A DNA stretch of 62,937 bases, filler included, from Chiloscyllium plagiosum (Eukaryota): the NCBI RefSeq assembly GCF_004010195.1. It is 5 parts of one record of this genome, joined end to end, with 100 filler letters (N's around TTAATTAATTAA, not from the genome) between each part and the next. Parts side by side here need not be neighbours in the genome. Positions count along the whole stretch, not along the records: positions 1 to 28,246 come from NC_057710.1; 4 more parts are not named here. One strand, written 5' to 3'. The translations under genes were made by a program, and so were the position numbers. This document shows positions 1 to 11,659 of this stretch, in pieces; positions within the stretch are counted from its first letter, which is position 1; every line of letters begins with the position of its first letter. Under the pieces are notes generated by a model. That model saw nothing but the letters and a program-made list of their open reading frames with translations. It ran no database searches and was not told the origin of the DNA.

Positions 1-95
1 TTCTCCTGTTCCCTGGATGCTGCCTGACCTGCTGCGCTTTTCCAGCAACACATTTCCAGCTCTGATCTCCAGCATCTGCAGACCTCACTTTCTCC
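1..95 (+). mobile_element. Penelope-like family A 3' terminus
   Basis: ggatgctgcctgacctgctgcgcttttccagc...gcagacctcactttctcc is the same terminus as the copies at 22484 and 29175. Confidence 0.8.
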
Positions 96-96
96 T

Positions 97-670
97 ATAG
101 GAGTTGGGAGGTCATGTTGTGGCTGTACAGGATATTAGTTAGGCCATTTTTGGAATATTGTGTGCAGTTCTTAGCTTCCTACTAAAGGAAAGATGTTGTA
201 AAACTGAAACGGTTCAGAAAAGATTTATAAAGATGGAGGATTTGAGCTATAGGAACAGGCTGAATAGGCTGGGGCTGTTTTCCTGTAGTGTCAGAGGCTG
301 AGGGGTGACCTTATAAAATCATGAGGGGCATGGATAAGGTAAATAGACGAGGTCTTTTCCCTCGGCTGGAGGTAGTCCAGAACTAGAGAACATAGATTTA
401 AGGGTGAGAGAGGAAAGATTTCAAAGGGATCTAAGGGGCAACGTTTTCACGCAGAGGGTGGTGGTGTATGGAATGAGCTTCCAGATGAAGTGGTGGAGGC
501 TGGTACAATTGCAACATTTAAAAGGCAACTGGATGGGTATATGAATAGGGTTTGGAGCGATATGGGCAAGTGCTGGCAAATGGGACTAGATTAGGTGGAA
601 TATCTGGTCGGCATGGACGGGTTGGACTGAAGGGTCTGTTTCAGTGTAGGACATCTCAATGACTATGACT
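97..670 (+). mobile_element. CR1/HER1-type LINE 3' fragment
   Basis: Degenerate ORF2 C-terminus (LVRP.LEYCVQF, RGDL...YKI, TRGH, FTQRVV), a 3' UTR shared with the HE1 tail, and a (CTATGA)n end. Confidence 0.85.
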
Positions 671-1369
671 ACAGTGGAAAGTGTTTAACTCACCATATTC
701 CAGTACCTATATTAATAACAGAAAATATATATATTAAAAAGACAAAATCCAACTTTGTTCAATTCATGACTCAAGGGTTCCCAAGATCAAGGCAGAGACA
801 GGAACCACATTCCCCACTACTGCAGAAAGCTAACTTTGAAACTGCTGATTTCTGGGCTGTTGAAATCCCGGGTCAGACCACTGTGCTACTGAGACACCAC
901 AGAAACTGCCTCAAGGACCCACCTCATCGCCAAAACTGAAGCTGAAGCAGACCACCATATTGGGGCATTGGAATTCCTGGCCAGAAAACATCGTCAAAAC
1001 CACCTCAATGAAATCCCAGGCCATTGGAAACCAGGGCAGACCCACTTCACTGCTAAAGAAGCCGAGACGCCTGGACTACTACTCCATAGGACCCACCAGG
1101 ACATGACTGCAACAGCCACGCGGAGTGGACCACACTGCCTTCACCACTGCAGCAGTCTCCTGAAACATCCTTCCTCCACTGAAGGTAAGGTGAATTTTGA
1201 CGTTAAACACAAATTAACCAAAAAAAAGGAAGAAGGATGCGACAGTCTGGTGATCAGAAGCAGATGGGCACAGGAGCCCGAACACCTCCTAACTACCTTG
1301 CTGTCACCATCTTGAATAATGTATACAAATACAACATTCACAGGCACATCAATTCTGGAGCAATATTGA

Positions 1370-1690
1370 ACTATTCATTTACAGCAGATGAATATATTTC
1401 TCATGATGTGCCATGCTTTCACTGGTCATTATATTGGGCAACTTCTTTGTGGACACAATTTCAGAACATCTTCCACATGCATCTACGTTTCTTTGCAATG
1501 CTCATTTATGAAATTCAATCTTGTTCTGGAGTCTTTACATTTGGTACTGTTCCAAGATTACTTCTAGCACTATTTCTTCTCTTGTTTCAATTGCAATGTC
1601 CCTTTTCAGAATAAACATGCATGTCATTTAGATTTCAATTTGTCCATATCCCAGATTTTTATTTTAGAATGCTCTTCCATCAGCTCTCAT
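1370..1690 (-). pseudogene. Nesprin-like pseudo-exon (late spectrin repeat)
   Basis: Acceptor ...atgttcag at 1691. Fragments *ELMEEHSKIKIW (~WQKFLDDYSRFEDW), SRTRLNFINEHCKE (~CLTQLELINKQYRR) and EVAQYNDQ* (~MVHEGNQRW) lie in different frames. Confidence 0.65.
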
Positions 1691-1984
1691 CTGAACATTA
1701 ACACTTCAAAATTAACAAAAGGTCAGAGCTGACATCAGATATGAAGGATATTCACATCACTTGATTTTAATCTTCTGTTTACAATTGTGAAATCAACCAT
1801 ATTTCTATATGACAGGCAAATCAAATGCTTTATTACTTTCTTTGCTAGAAAATTATGTTTTTCAGCATCAGATTGTTACTTGGGTAAAAGGAAATGGTGA
1901 AAGGTTCTCCTGTTAGAGACATTTGGCCCCAGGTTATTCTGTCAGTGATTCAGTTTAGCTGTCTCAATTAATTATAACACAAGG

Positions 1985-2290
1985 TAGGAGCAAATTACTG
2001 CAGATGCTGGAATCTGTACCGAAAACAGAAACTGCTGGAGATCACAGCAGGTCAGTCAGCATCCACGAAAAGAGAGCAAACTTACGTTTCGAGTCTAGGT
2101 ACTCTTCATCAGAGCTGATGTAAGGTGCGGAGGTGACAGCATTTAAGCGCTGGTGGGGGTTGGAGTGCTGGGGTAGAAAGACTGCTGATAGATTAAGTGA
2201 TCAGCATGTGAAAGTGTCAGAACAATGGTGTATCTGTCAAAACCTGTCCCACTGGATTGGGGGGAGGGGAGAGAGAGCATGGTGACAGAG
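1985..2290 (-). mobile_element. Penelope-like family C 3' end with hammerhead core
   Basis: Terminus actgcagatgctggaatctg; the reverse complement at ~2084-2113 reads CTGATGA-AGAGT..ACTC-GAAACGT. Confidence 0.7.
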
Positions 2291-2329
2291 TATAACAAAT
2301 ATTTTACTGTAACACTTAACAGAATGAAT

Positions 2330-2656
2330 CAAGCACACAGTGATCAACAGTAAATATTTGATTCTTCATTAGTATTATCTGAGTTTTCCACATAACAAAA
2401 CAGCATCAAAGCTCCTCCTTGATAATCTGGGTTTATTTTTGGTTTTGTTCAAGCTCATACTTATCCCTCGGTGATACCTGAATATTATCAGCCAAAACAC
2501 AGTGGCTCCACCTTGTCAAGTTTAAAGTAATCATACTCTTACACAGACTGCATGTTTTTGTTTGTCTGGAATTAGATATGACAGCATTGTATCCATTGTC
2601 AAGTACGCAATTGATTAAAATGACAACAGTTGACAATGTTAACTCCATAAAAAAAT
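2330..2656 (-). pseudogene. Nesprin-like pseudo-exon(s)
   Basis: Acceptor ttttag at 2657; NKNMQSV (~DKNMSSL), DKYELEQNQK*TQIIKEEL and FDAVLLCGKL (~VASVLNLCEVL), with frameshifts. Confidence 0.5.
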
Positions 2657-2774
2657 CTAAAAGTTAACAAGGCATTTGTGCACACTATGATTGGCATTAG
2701 CCATTAATAACTGAAAAGGTATTCCATCAGATTTGTATTTTTCTCCCGAAATACTAGCATTAGTAGAACTCTGT

Positions 2775-2860
2775 AGGTAAAAACAATGACTGCAGATGCT
2801 GGAAACCAGATTTTGGATTAGTGGTGCTGGAAGAGCACAGCAGTTCAGGCAGCATTCGAG
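2775..2860 (-). mobile_element. Very short Penelope family A terminus insertion
   Basis: 12-bp TSD gtagaactctgt at 2763-2774 and 2861-2872. Confidence 0.75.
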
Positions 2861-3042
2861 GTAGAACTCTGTCCTTCCATTAAGTTGGATCTCTTTTTCC
2901 AGATTGAAGTCTCCCATCAACAGCAAGATAGGAAGCATAAGAATTAGAAGCAGACCATTCACTCATCAAAACTTTTCCAGCACTAAACTAAATCATGGCT
3001 GATAATCAAGCTTGACACCACTTTCCTTCACTATCTTTATAC

Positions 3043-3136
3043 CTCCCTGACTGAAGATTTTCTTTTTGTCTTGGAGCGATTTCTGATGTCATTTCGATTC
3101 TTCATAAAAGTCTTCTATCATTTCATCAGATGCCTC
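3043..3136 (-). pseudogene. Nesprin-like pseudo-exon
   Basis: EASDEMIEDFYEESK*HQKSLQDKKKIFSQG resembles IEEMIEKLKKDYQEEIAIAQENKIQLQQMG; flanked by AG and GT. Confidence 0.5.
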
Positions 3137-3459
3137 CTGTTATAAATGTATTTAATCTCACAACTGTGCTGATCCTGAAATAAAGTTTAATGTGTTCGGA
3201 GTTATGATGGTAATCGGCATAAGTTCTTGATTTACAGCTGGTTTTATGATTGAAGGTAAATATCATTAGTAAATACTGCGTGGAGTCTCAGCTCAGAAGA
3301 AATTGTGTGTTAGATCAATGGAGGTGATGGATAGAAAACAAATGTTATTATTAAATTATCTAAATGCCTAGTGGATGTTCAGTTTATCTTTTTACATCTT
3401 GTTACTGTTTCCACTATCTGTCAGTGTTAACAGCACTGCCACATGAAGTATTACCATGA

Positions 3460-3740
3460 GTGAAGGGGTGACCAATTAGAACTGAGATGAGGAGGAATAT
3501 CTTCAGCCAGAGGGTGGTAAATCTGTGAAACTCCTTGGCACAGAAGGCTGTGGATGTTAAGTCATTGAGTATATTTAAGACAGAGATAGGTAGGCTCTTG
3601 CCTAGTGAGGGGATTAAGTGTCACAGGGAGAAGGCAGGAAAATTAGTTTATGAAACCATTCAGCCATGATCAAATGGAAGAGCAGACTTGATGAGCTGTA
3701 TGGCCTAATTCTGCTCCTATCTCTCTGGTCTTATGGGTCA
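3460..3740 (+). mobile_element. CR1 LINE 3' fragment
   Basis: EMRRNIFSQRVVNL motif followed by a typical 3' UTR (ggcctaattctgctcctat). Confidence 0.8.
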
Positions 3741-3754
3741 TGATGTGTCAGATT

Positions 3755-4175
3755 CGACTGACTGGTTCCACACTGACTTCTGAATCAGAAGTTAGGTTGA
3801 ACACCATTTCAATCTAATTTAGGCTGATACTTCAGAACTATACCGGGAACCTTTTTCTTGTTAGAGGTTAATGATTCAGATAAGTTTTTACACCAAGGCT
3901 CCATCCACTCTCTCAGATAGACATAAAATACCCCACAGACTATATGAAGAAGAATAGGGGAGTTATGGATACTTGGATGTCAATCAACATCACTGAATCA
4001 GATGATCTAGTTATTTATCTTTATTTGCGTGATCTTGTTGGGTAAAGGCTTCCTGCCACATTTCTGCCAGTACAACAGATGCTATCAATCAAAATGTACT
4101 TAATTATCTGCTTCAAAGAGTTATGGGGTATTAATTCTGTGATTGAAAAAGATACTCAGAAAGATAATTTCTCTC
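3755..4175 (+). mobile_element. Old DeuSINE (SacSINE1/AmnSINE1-like)
   Basis: Degenerate match to the recalled Deu domain (ctctcag.tggac.taaaa.a.ccca...gaagaagagcagggga...caacatcact.aa.caga..atct) and its 3' tail; a second fragment lies at ~30280-30370. Confidence 0.65.
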
Positions 4176-4763
4176 TTCTGTAATGTCACATCTCGCACTT
4201 GGGTTAACAGTTATAGGAAGTTATTACTTGAAAAGTTGTGTTGATACAATAACATGCAGAATAATGTAAATATTCATGGAGCGAGCAGAATGTAAATTCA
4301 AGAAATTGATTGAAAGGCACACCACTGTGAGAAAATGGGCAGCACCACAGGGGCCAAATCAATCCATCTCATTTATAATCTCCGGAGAAAGGTAACTTGC
4401 ACTTATTTTAACCCAAATCAGTCTAATATCCAATTTTAGTTTAAAAGTAGCTTTTCGCTTTCAACAGTTTGCCCTCCTGCTGGTAAAATCTTACTGATTA
4501 AGGCACAGAATAATTTCACCAGCAGGAGGATGAAAATGTTAACTGAAAACACATTGTCCCTATTAACCTAAATGTCATAAGGTCTACTCCCTACCAAACA
4601 ATTGAAAAAGATGAGAAAGTGAATGCACCAACTAATGGATCAACTAACACATGAGTTCCATAACCCCTCCTAGGCCCTTGCATATTATATAAACAAGATT
4701 ATGTGCCTCCTCAGTAATATGTAAAACATATTTGAAAATAAAACAAACAAATGGAAATCATAC

Positions 4764-4900
4764 ATATCCAAACTGCTGCATATTTTAGCTCCATTTTGCT
4801 GCTATATCTAATGTGCTGTCATAGAAAATAATTCTTTCCCAGTTTTCAGTGAATTTTGGTAAAGTTTGTTTTGGACAAAGAATACAACGCAAAGACTGGC
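4764..4900 (-). pseudogene. Nesprin-like pseudo-exon
   Basis: atattttag acceptor and gtatga donor; VFFVQNKLYQNSLKTGKELFFYDSTLDIAAKWS* resembles VFLRQQGSYILTVEAGKQLLL...AEIQEKWKS. Confidence 0.65.
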
Positions 4901-5249
4901 CTAAAATATATGATTGTATATCCTCTTTGGCAATGTTATTGCCAATGAAGAAACTGTATACGTTAAGTGTTATTTCTTAATTATAGACTATTTTTTGTCT
5001 CTTCTCTGTCTTGCTCTGTTTTTTTTTCTCTCAGGGAGAAAGGATAACCTTCATGCCATCAGCCATCATTTTTTTAAACCATCATCATCTTGCATAAATG
5101 TCCTTACCCCATACATTCCAACCTCACCTCAAATATAGAACGTGAGAAGTTACCCAAGTCCCTCATCACTAAGATCAAGATGCGTTTTTGACCTACCTTC
5201 CCCATTCCCCAGTTGTTCTTTTTCCAAATTTATAATGCAGAAAAGATAA

Positions 5250-5810
5250 ATGGGAGTGAAGCTAAATAACTTCATTGTTTCTGTTTTCACTGAGGAAGGT
5301 ACAAGAAGTTACCCAGAAACCGAGATCCATGTAATCATGGAGAATGAGAAGCTGAAGAAAACTAGTCTGAGTAGAAAGATTGTACTGGAGAAATAAATGA
5401 AGCTAAAAGTTGATAAATCCCTGGAATCTGATAGTCCAAGTCCAGAGTGTTGAAGGAGAAATATTTAACGTTGATCTTCTGAATTTCCATAAGAATCTGG
5501 AATAATTTCCACAGACTGGAAACAAGCAACTATCACAACACTATTTAAGAAAGGAACAAGAAAGAAAACAGAGACCTGCAGACCATTCTAGCCTTACTTC
5601 AATGGTAGGAAAATGCCAGGATCTAGTAAAAAGGACACTTAGTAACAGCCTTAGATTACTCCAGCAAGTTCATCAAATATGACTTCCATTCATAAATCTA
5701 TGATGACTATCTCAATCAGATCATTATCAACCAAGAAAAACGATAAAGGGGGGAGTAGAATGGAGGTAAGGAGAAAATTCTTCAGCCAGAAAGTGGTAAA
5801 TCTATTGCCA
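5250..5810 (+). mobile_element. Degenerate CR1 ORF2 fragments
   Basis: LKVDKSLESDSP.PRVLKE and WKQATITTLFKKG motifs; a short inverted piece lies near 5640-5730. Confidence 0.7.
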
Positions 5811-6039
5811 AGGAGGATATGAGTTTATATTATGACACATACAATTTACAGTGTGGATGCATTCCTTTTGCCTACAAAGAACAGGGTTCTGTTTTATTAA
5901 CACATAAGATCCTAGTGAGTGCCATTTGAAAAACTTCAATTTTAGATCTCTTGTTACAGTGTAAGGTTTATCCAGTTAAAATGTAGAAAAAATGAATGAC
6001 ATTTTGGTTTATTCTTATTCAAAATATTATTTGAACCAT

Positions 6040-7053
6040 TAGTTCTAAGAAGGTTACTATAACTTTGAGTGACTTCATTCAGAAAGTTCTTACTTCCCTC
6101 AATTCACAAATACTTTTCTCTAACCTTTTGCACCTTTTCCTGTTGTTTTGGCCCTCTTTGTCTTATGCTGCCCTCACAAGCGTTCTTCTGCTCCTTTCAG
6201 TTTGCATTAATGATCTTAAGCTTGCCCTCCATTGGAATATGCTACCACACCTCTCTACTCATCTTATGTAAACATCACTTGCCCTCTCATTTCCACTTAC
6301 AGTTTATTTTGAAACCTATAATCCATCACATCCTTCCCCATATTTTGTGCTGCAATTTTCATCTTCCAACTCCCATGTTCAGTACCTACGAGCACTTCTT
6401 TCCTCTCTACTCACAACATTCACAAACACATTCAAACTTCCTCATATTCTAGTCCTAAATGACAAGCATGGATGGGTGTTCTCGCAGTATTTTTCAGGTA
6501 TTTAAAAGGGATTTTTCTTAGCTCAATGTTTTTGACCTCCCAAAATAGGGGTATGGTTGGAGCAGCATTCAAGGTAAAACATGAGTGGTGTTCTTTCCTC
6601 TTTTGCATGGGTGGATGTCCAGAAGCATATGCACATAGTACATGGCTACAAATGTGGTCAAAGAAATGCATCTGGATTCAGTGGAGAGAAAAGAAAGCAT
6701 CAGAATCATATTGAATCAGGTTCTTTCTTTAGGCCATTTTGAGTAATGTTGATGGCAGTCACGTCTATGTCCACCTCTGTGACAAGATATGCCTTGATTC
6801 TACTGAATAAATATCCTTTTTTTTCACTCTTAAGCCAGTTAATAATCACCTTGCCTTTTAAGCAACTCAACTATGTCATATACCAGTTTAAGAAGGATTA
6901 TCCTGTTATTTTCAGAGTGCAGTATCCGTGAATATTTTGTTAAAGGTGCAAACTGTTGAAAAATAGAATCATTATAATTGCAGTGACTGCATGGCAACTG
7001 GAATGCTTGATGCTCTTGAACTACCAAAGAAACTTTCTGTGCTGATATATGGC
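6040..7053 (-). pseudogene. Cluster of nesprin-like pseudo-exons with short introns
   Basis: HISAQKVSLVVQEHQ, then a ~50-nt intron-like stretch ending tttttcaacag, then YSRILHS (~EISGNYQHLLEQQRAHE|LFQAEMFSRQQILHS). Further down, FQWRASLRSLMQTERSRRTLV..RCKRLEKSICEL (~NQWQGVIRRAQQRRGII..MAEKLRKWLVEV). Confidence 0.6.
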
Positions 7054-7879
7054 CTTTAAATCATAACAAGAGGAGCTTCCAAAAATGAAACTGGAGGAAC
7101 AAACCCACTTGGCAGAGTTTGGATTGTGTAGAATGTTCTGTTTTCTTGATTGACTTTAGTCAGTGTGTGCCTACCAGATTATAGGGGTTTGCAAACCTAA
7201 GTTATGCTACTTATCTGTTTCACTTCACACTCCTAACTTTTTCTTTCCAACATTGTTGACTAATGGGAATGCAATTAGCCAGAGTTTCAAGAGACAAATG
7301 ACCACTGTGCTCAACTAAAATCTTGCCCTGTGACATATTAGCTCTGAAACACTACCAGTCAGAAGGGAAATATTATTATGACAGATGATAGGCAAAATGG
7401 TAACATTTGTATAGTTTTCCCACAGCTACAGTTAGACGGTGCAAGGGTTGAGTAGAAAATGATATTGTAGCTAAGGTTTAAATTTTTGATCAGAATGCTA
7501 CTTATGCCAGTTTTTAATATATATAACTATGTTCTATAATGCAGAAAATATTAAATTTCTCTTGCAGGGAGCATTAACTAAATATCCAAAAATAAATTAC
7601 ACTTAGAACTTAATTAAATAAAATATTCTGAAGTCATGATTAGATTATAGTTGTGTTTTAACATTTCATCAACACATTTAAAATAGGAAGCACATTGAAG
7701 GAATGCAGCATATTCAAGCCACAAAAGTACAATACAGATTATTAAAATAATTGTGCTTTCTTTCTGTTGTTTTATAATAAAACTTTCTTTATTCATGGTC
7801 TACAGATCTACGTTGGAGGAACAGCTCAGGAAAATTAACAACTTCTCTTAGGTAAAGAAACTATAATCTAACCAGACAA

Positions 7880-8045
7880 AGTTTAGAAAGATGACTCTTA
7901 GTAGTTTCACTTGAGGGACATCATGCCTCAGGCGAGGGGAGAGGTTCAGAAGGAGAGCTGTTCATGGTAACTTCAGCCAGTGCAGGAATTAACTCTGTTG
8001 GTGTCAAAAGCTAGCCATGCAACTAGCTGAGTTAAATGACTCCCA
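7880..8045 (-). mobile_element. tRNA-derived SINE fragment (family unnamed)
   Basis: The reverse complement starts with an A-box-like taactcagctagttg, then an aattcctgcactggctgaagttaccatgaa body. Confidence 0.5.
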
Positions 8046-8149
8046 ACAACACCATCTTAGTGATTTGTGTGAGAATTCCATTATGAAACAGGAAATGCAA
8101 ACTATTAACCTAACCCAAACACTTGGATAGGCTTTTCTATAGGTTTTTC

Positions 8150-8465
8150 TTGATTCCCCCAGTATGGAAACAGGCCATTCAGCCCAACTAGTCCACCTCG
8201 ACCCTCTGAAGAATAACCCACCCAGATTCATTCCCTAAACTATATTTACCCATGACTAATGCATCTAACACTATGGGCAATTTGATGTGGCCAATTCACC
8301 TGACGTGCACATTGTTGGATTGTGGGCAGAAACCGGAGCACCCAGAGGAAACCCACACAGACACGGGGAGAATATACAAACTCCACACAGTCACCCGAGG
8401 CAGGAATCAAACCTGGGTCCCTGGCGCCGTGAGGCAGCAGTGCTAACCACTGAGCCAACATGCTG
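8150..8465 (-). mobile_element. HE1-type V-SINE
   Basis: tRNA head (tggctcagtggttagcactgctgcctcac..gacccaggtttgattcc), V domain (gtgtggagtttg...gtgtgggtttcctc) and CR1-derived tail. Confidence 0.9.
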
Positions 8466-10524
8466 ATAAGAATTTTTCACTGACACATAAAGGGCTGATC
8501 TTAACTCCAAATCAAGAATGACTTGTATGGGTGAGGATGTTGTGGGTGCTAAGGCAGTTGAATGAGCCACGGTTTGGTCCACATTTCACTATACTTCTGC
8601 ATCTGTGCAATTTCTACTTGCCTTGCATCTTTACCAAAATATTCTCAGGCAGTGTGTTCCAAAACCAGCTGGATCATCCTTTACACCTTGTGAGATGATG
8701 TAACTGAGTTGATTAAAAGGCAAGATAAGTTATTAACTGGCCTATCACAGGGCAAGATTTTAGTTGAGCACAAACTTTCCATGTCAATGGTCATGGCATC
8801 TCTCTAGATGTACAGGAGCATAATAAAATTGTGACATTACATTCTGATGAATAATTTTATAAAACAGTTTTTTGCTAAAGCATGACCCATTAGTCTCAGA
8901 TCCACCAGCAAGAACCTCAAGCAACGTAGACCCGGGTGCAGATAACATCATGGGGAAGAAACAAAATCAAAGTTATTTTGATGCCCTGTGCAAGGCTTCT
9001 CTCTCCCAACAGACTAGTGAATACCTGTTACTGCATGGTCTTCTAAGAGTTGTGTGTATGGATGCACTACAGGGAGCCTACTTTTCCACTACAACCCTGT
9101 CAATTTTGACTCCTGTTTACTGGCGATGATATCAATCCTATCATGCTCAGGATGTATAATTCAGTGTAGGAGCTTAAGAGGACAACTCAGGAGATATTAT
9201 TAGAGATGTTGGAAATCATGAGGGTAAGAAAGCTAGCATAAGGGTACTTTACCTGAATGCTCGTAGCATTCGTAACAAGATTGATGCATTAATGGCACAA
9301 ATCATTGCAAAATAATATGATTTAGTAGCCATTATGGAGACATGGTTACAGGATGGTTGCGACTAGGGGTTAAGTATCCAGGGATATCAGACTATTTGGA
9401 AGGACAGACAGGAAGGTAATGGAGGTAGTACTGCTCTGAAATTCAAGGACAACATCAGGGCAGTGCTGAGAGATAGGTTCTATGGAGAAGAAGGTTGAGC
9501 CCATTTAAGTGGAAAATAGAAATTCTAAGAATAAAAGGTCACTGATGGGTGTAGTCTATCAGCCACCAAATAATAACATCACATTATGGCGGGCAATAAA
9601 CAAAGAAATAATTAATGCCTGTAAAAATGGTATGGGGGGGCAATTATCATGGGGGATTTTAATCTACATGTCGATTGGTCAAACCAGCTTGGTCAAGGTA
9701 GCCTTGAGGAGGAGCTCGTTGAGTGTATCCCCATGATCATTTTCTTGAACAATGGAACCGATGAGGGAGAAAGCTAGCCTAGATCTGTTCCTGTGTAATG
9801 AGACAGAAATAATTAATTACCTCATTGTTAGTGATCCTCTTGGAAGGAGCGATCGCAGTAAGGTTGAACATCGAATATAGATGGAGAGTGTGAAGATAAA
9901 ATAAAATCCAATACCAGCATCCTGTGCTTGAAAAAGGGGCACTATAATAGAATAAGTGAGGACTTGATTAAAGTAGACTGGAAACAAAGATTTTATGGTG
10001 GGACAATTGATGAGTAGTGGAGGACTTTCAAAGCAATTTTTGTCAAATTGCTCAGCAAAAGTATATTCCAGTGAAAAGGAAGGACTGTAAGAAAAGAGGT
10101 AATCTTCCATGGGTGTCTAAGGAAATAAGGGAGTCTATCAAATTGAAAGAGAAGGCTTACAAAGTGGCTAAAAACAGCATGAAACTAGAAGATTGGGAAA
10201 AAAATTAAAGGTCAACAGAAAGCCACAAAAAGAGCAATAAAGAAAAGTAAGGTAGAGCATGAGAAAAAAAAAACTAACACAGAATTTAAAGACAGATGGC
10301 AAAGTTTTCTATAAATTTATAAAATGAAAAAGAGAGGCTAAGGTAAACGTTGGTCCTTGAGAAGATGAGAAGAGGCAGTTAGTTATAGGATATGATGAAA
10401 TGGTTGAGGCATTGAACGGGTATTTTGTATCAGTCTTCACAGTGCAGAACACTAATAACATGCCAGTAATTGACCAAAAGATGAAGGTAGGTGAGGACCT
10501 GGAAACAAGCATTATTATGGAAGA

Positions 10525-11099
10525 CATGATTTGGAGGTGCAGGTGTTGTACTGGGGTGGAAAAAGTCAAAAATCACACAACACCAAGTTGCAGTCCAACG
10601 GGTTTAATTGGAAGCACTAGCTTTCAGAGTGCTGCTCCTTCATCATGTGGTTGTGGTGTATAAGATCGTAAGACACAGAATTTATAGCAAAAGTTTACAG
10701 TGTGAAGTAATTAAAATTATATATTGAAAAAAACCTAGATTGTTTGTTAAGTCTCTTAGAATGACCGTGGAAGGTACTCATGTGACTCAGCCAAAGTTGT
10801 CTACCTTATACGCTGCAAGTAAGGATGCCCTGAGGCATGGTACATTGGCAAGTCCGAGCAGAGGCTACGGCAACGGATGCATGGACCCCACACAACAATC
10901 AACAGACAGGAGTGTTCCTTTGGAGAACACTTCAGTGGTCCGGGACATTTGACCTCAGACCTTCGGGTGACCATCCTCCAAGGCGGACTTCAGGAAAGGT
11001 AACAACGAAAAGTGGTTGAACAAAGGCTGATAGCTAAGTTCGGTACCCATGGGGTTGGCCTCAACCGGGACCTTGGATTCATGTCACAGTAAAGGTGCA

Positions 11100-11140
<41 letters not shown>

Positions 11141-11659
11141 CACAGACTTATACCCCTTTACATTCACACTCACACACGTACACACATTCTCTCACAGACA
11201 CTCATATCCCCTCGCACATACACACATATAAGTTTGTGGGGTGAATTTGTACTTGCAGAATTACATTTTATTTTGCTCAAAAACTGTATGAATCCATGTA
11301 AGATTCTATAAATCCTTTTTTTAGAAATTGAATCAGTCTGAACATTGGGGCACAGACAGCCTCACACAAGGCACCTCACGCTTTCAATGCATTATCTGGG
11401 CCAACATGGCACCTATTGTTAAAGTTCACTTGAGAATGTACCTTTTAAAAAGTTCTGAGATTTACATATGAAAGAACTGAAACCAACATGGTCATTCTAA
11501 AAGATGAGAGACTCAACAAACAATCCAGGTCTTTTTCAATATATAATTTCAGTTACATCACACAGTAAACCTTTGCTACTCCACAACCACCTGATGAAGG
11601 AGCAGCGCTTTGAAAGCTAGTGCTTCCAAATAAACCTATTGGACTATAACCTGGTGTTG
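10525..11659 (+). mobile_element. Penelope-like family B fold-back insertion with GIY-YIG endonuclease remnant
   Basis: 12-bp TSD tattatggaaga (10513-10524 and 11660-11671); inverted termini; 10776-11090 encodes SCDSAKVVYLIRC..WYIGKSEQRLRQRM..GEHFSGPGH..GLNRD; internal (CA)n. Confidence 0.9.
11588..11622 (+). ncRNA. Minimal hammerhead ribozyme motif (Penelope B)
   Basis: cac-CTGATGA-a-ggagc/agc/gcttt-GAAA-GCTA-gtg; stem II has wobble pairs. Confidence 0.7.

Noticed and set aside
1237..1614. Hydrophobic plus-strand ORFs (also 6065-6452 and 55554-55853) as membrane proteins
   Set aside because: They are antisense shadows of purine-rich decayed coding sequence on the minus strand.
8380..8465. 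tRNA genes (also 41531, 45449 and 56405)
   Set aside because: These are tRNA-derived SINE heads that continue into SINE bodies.
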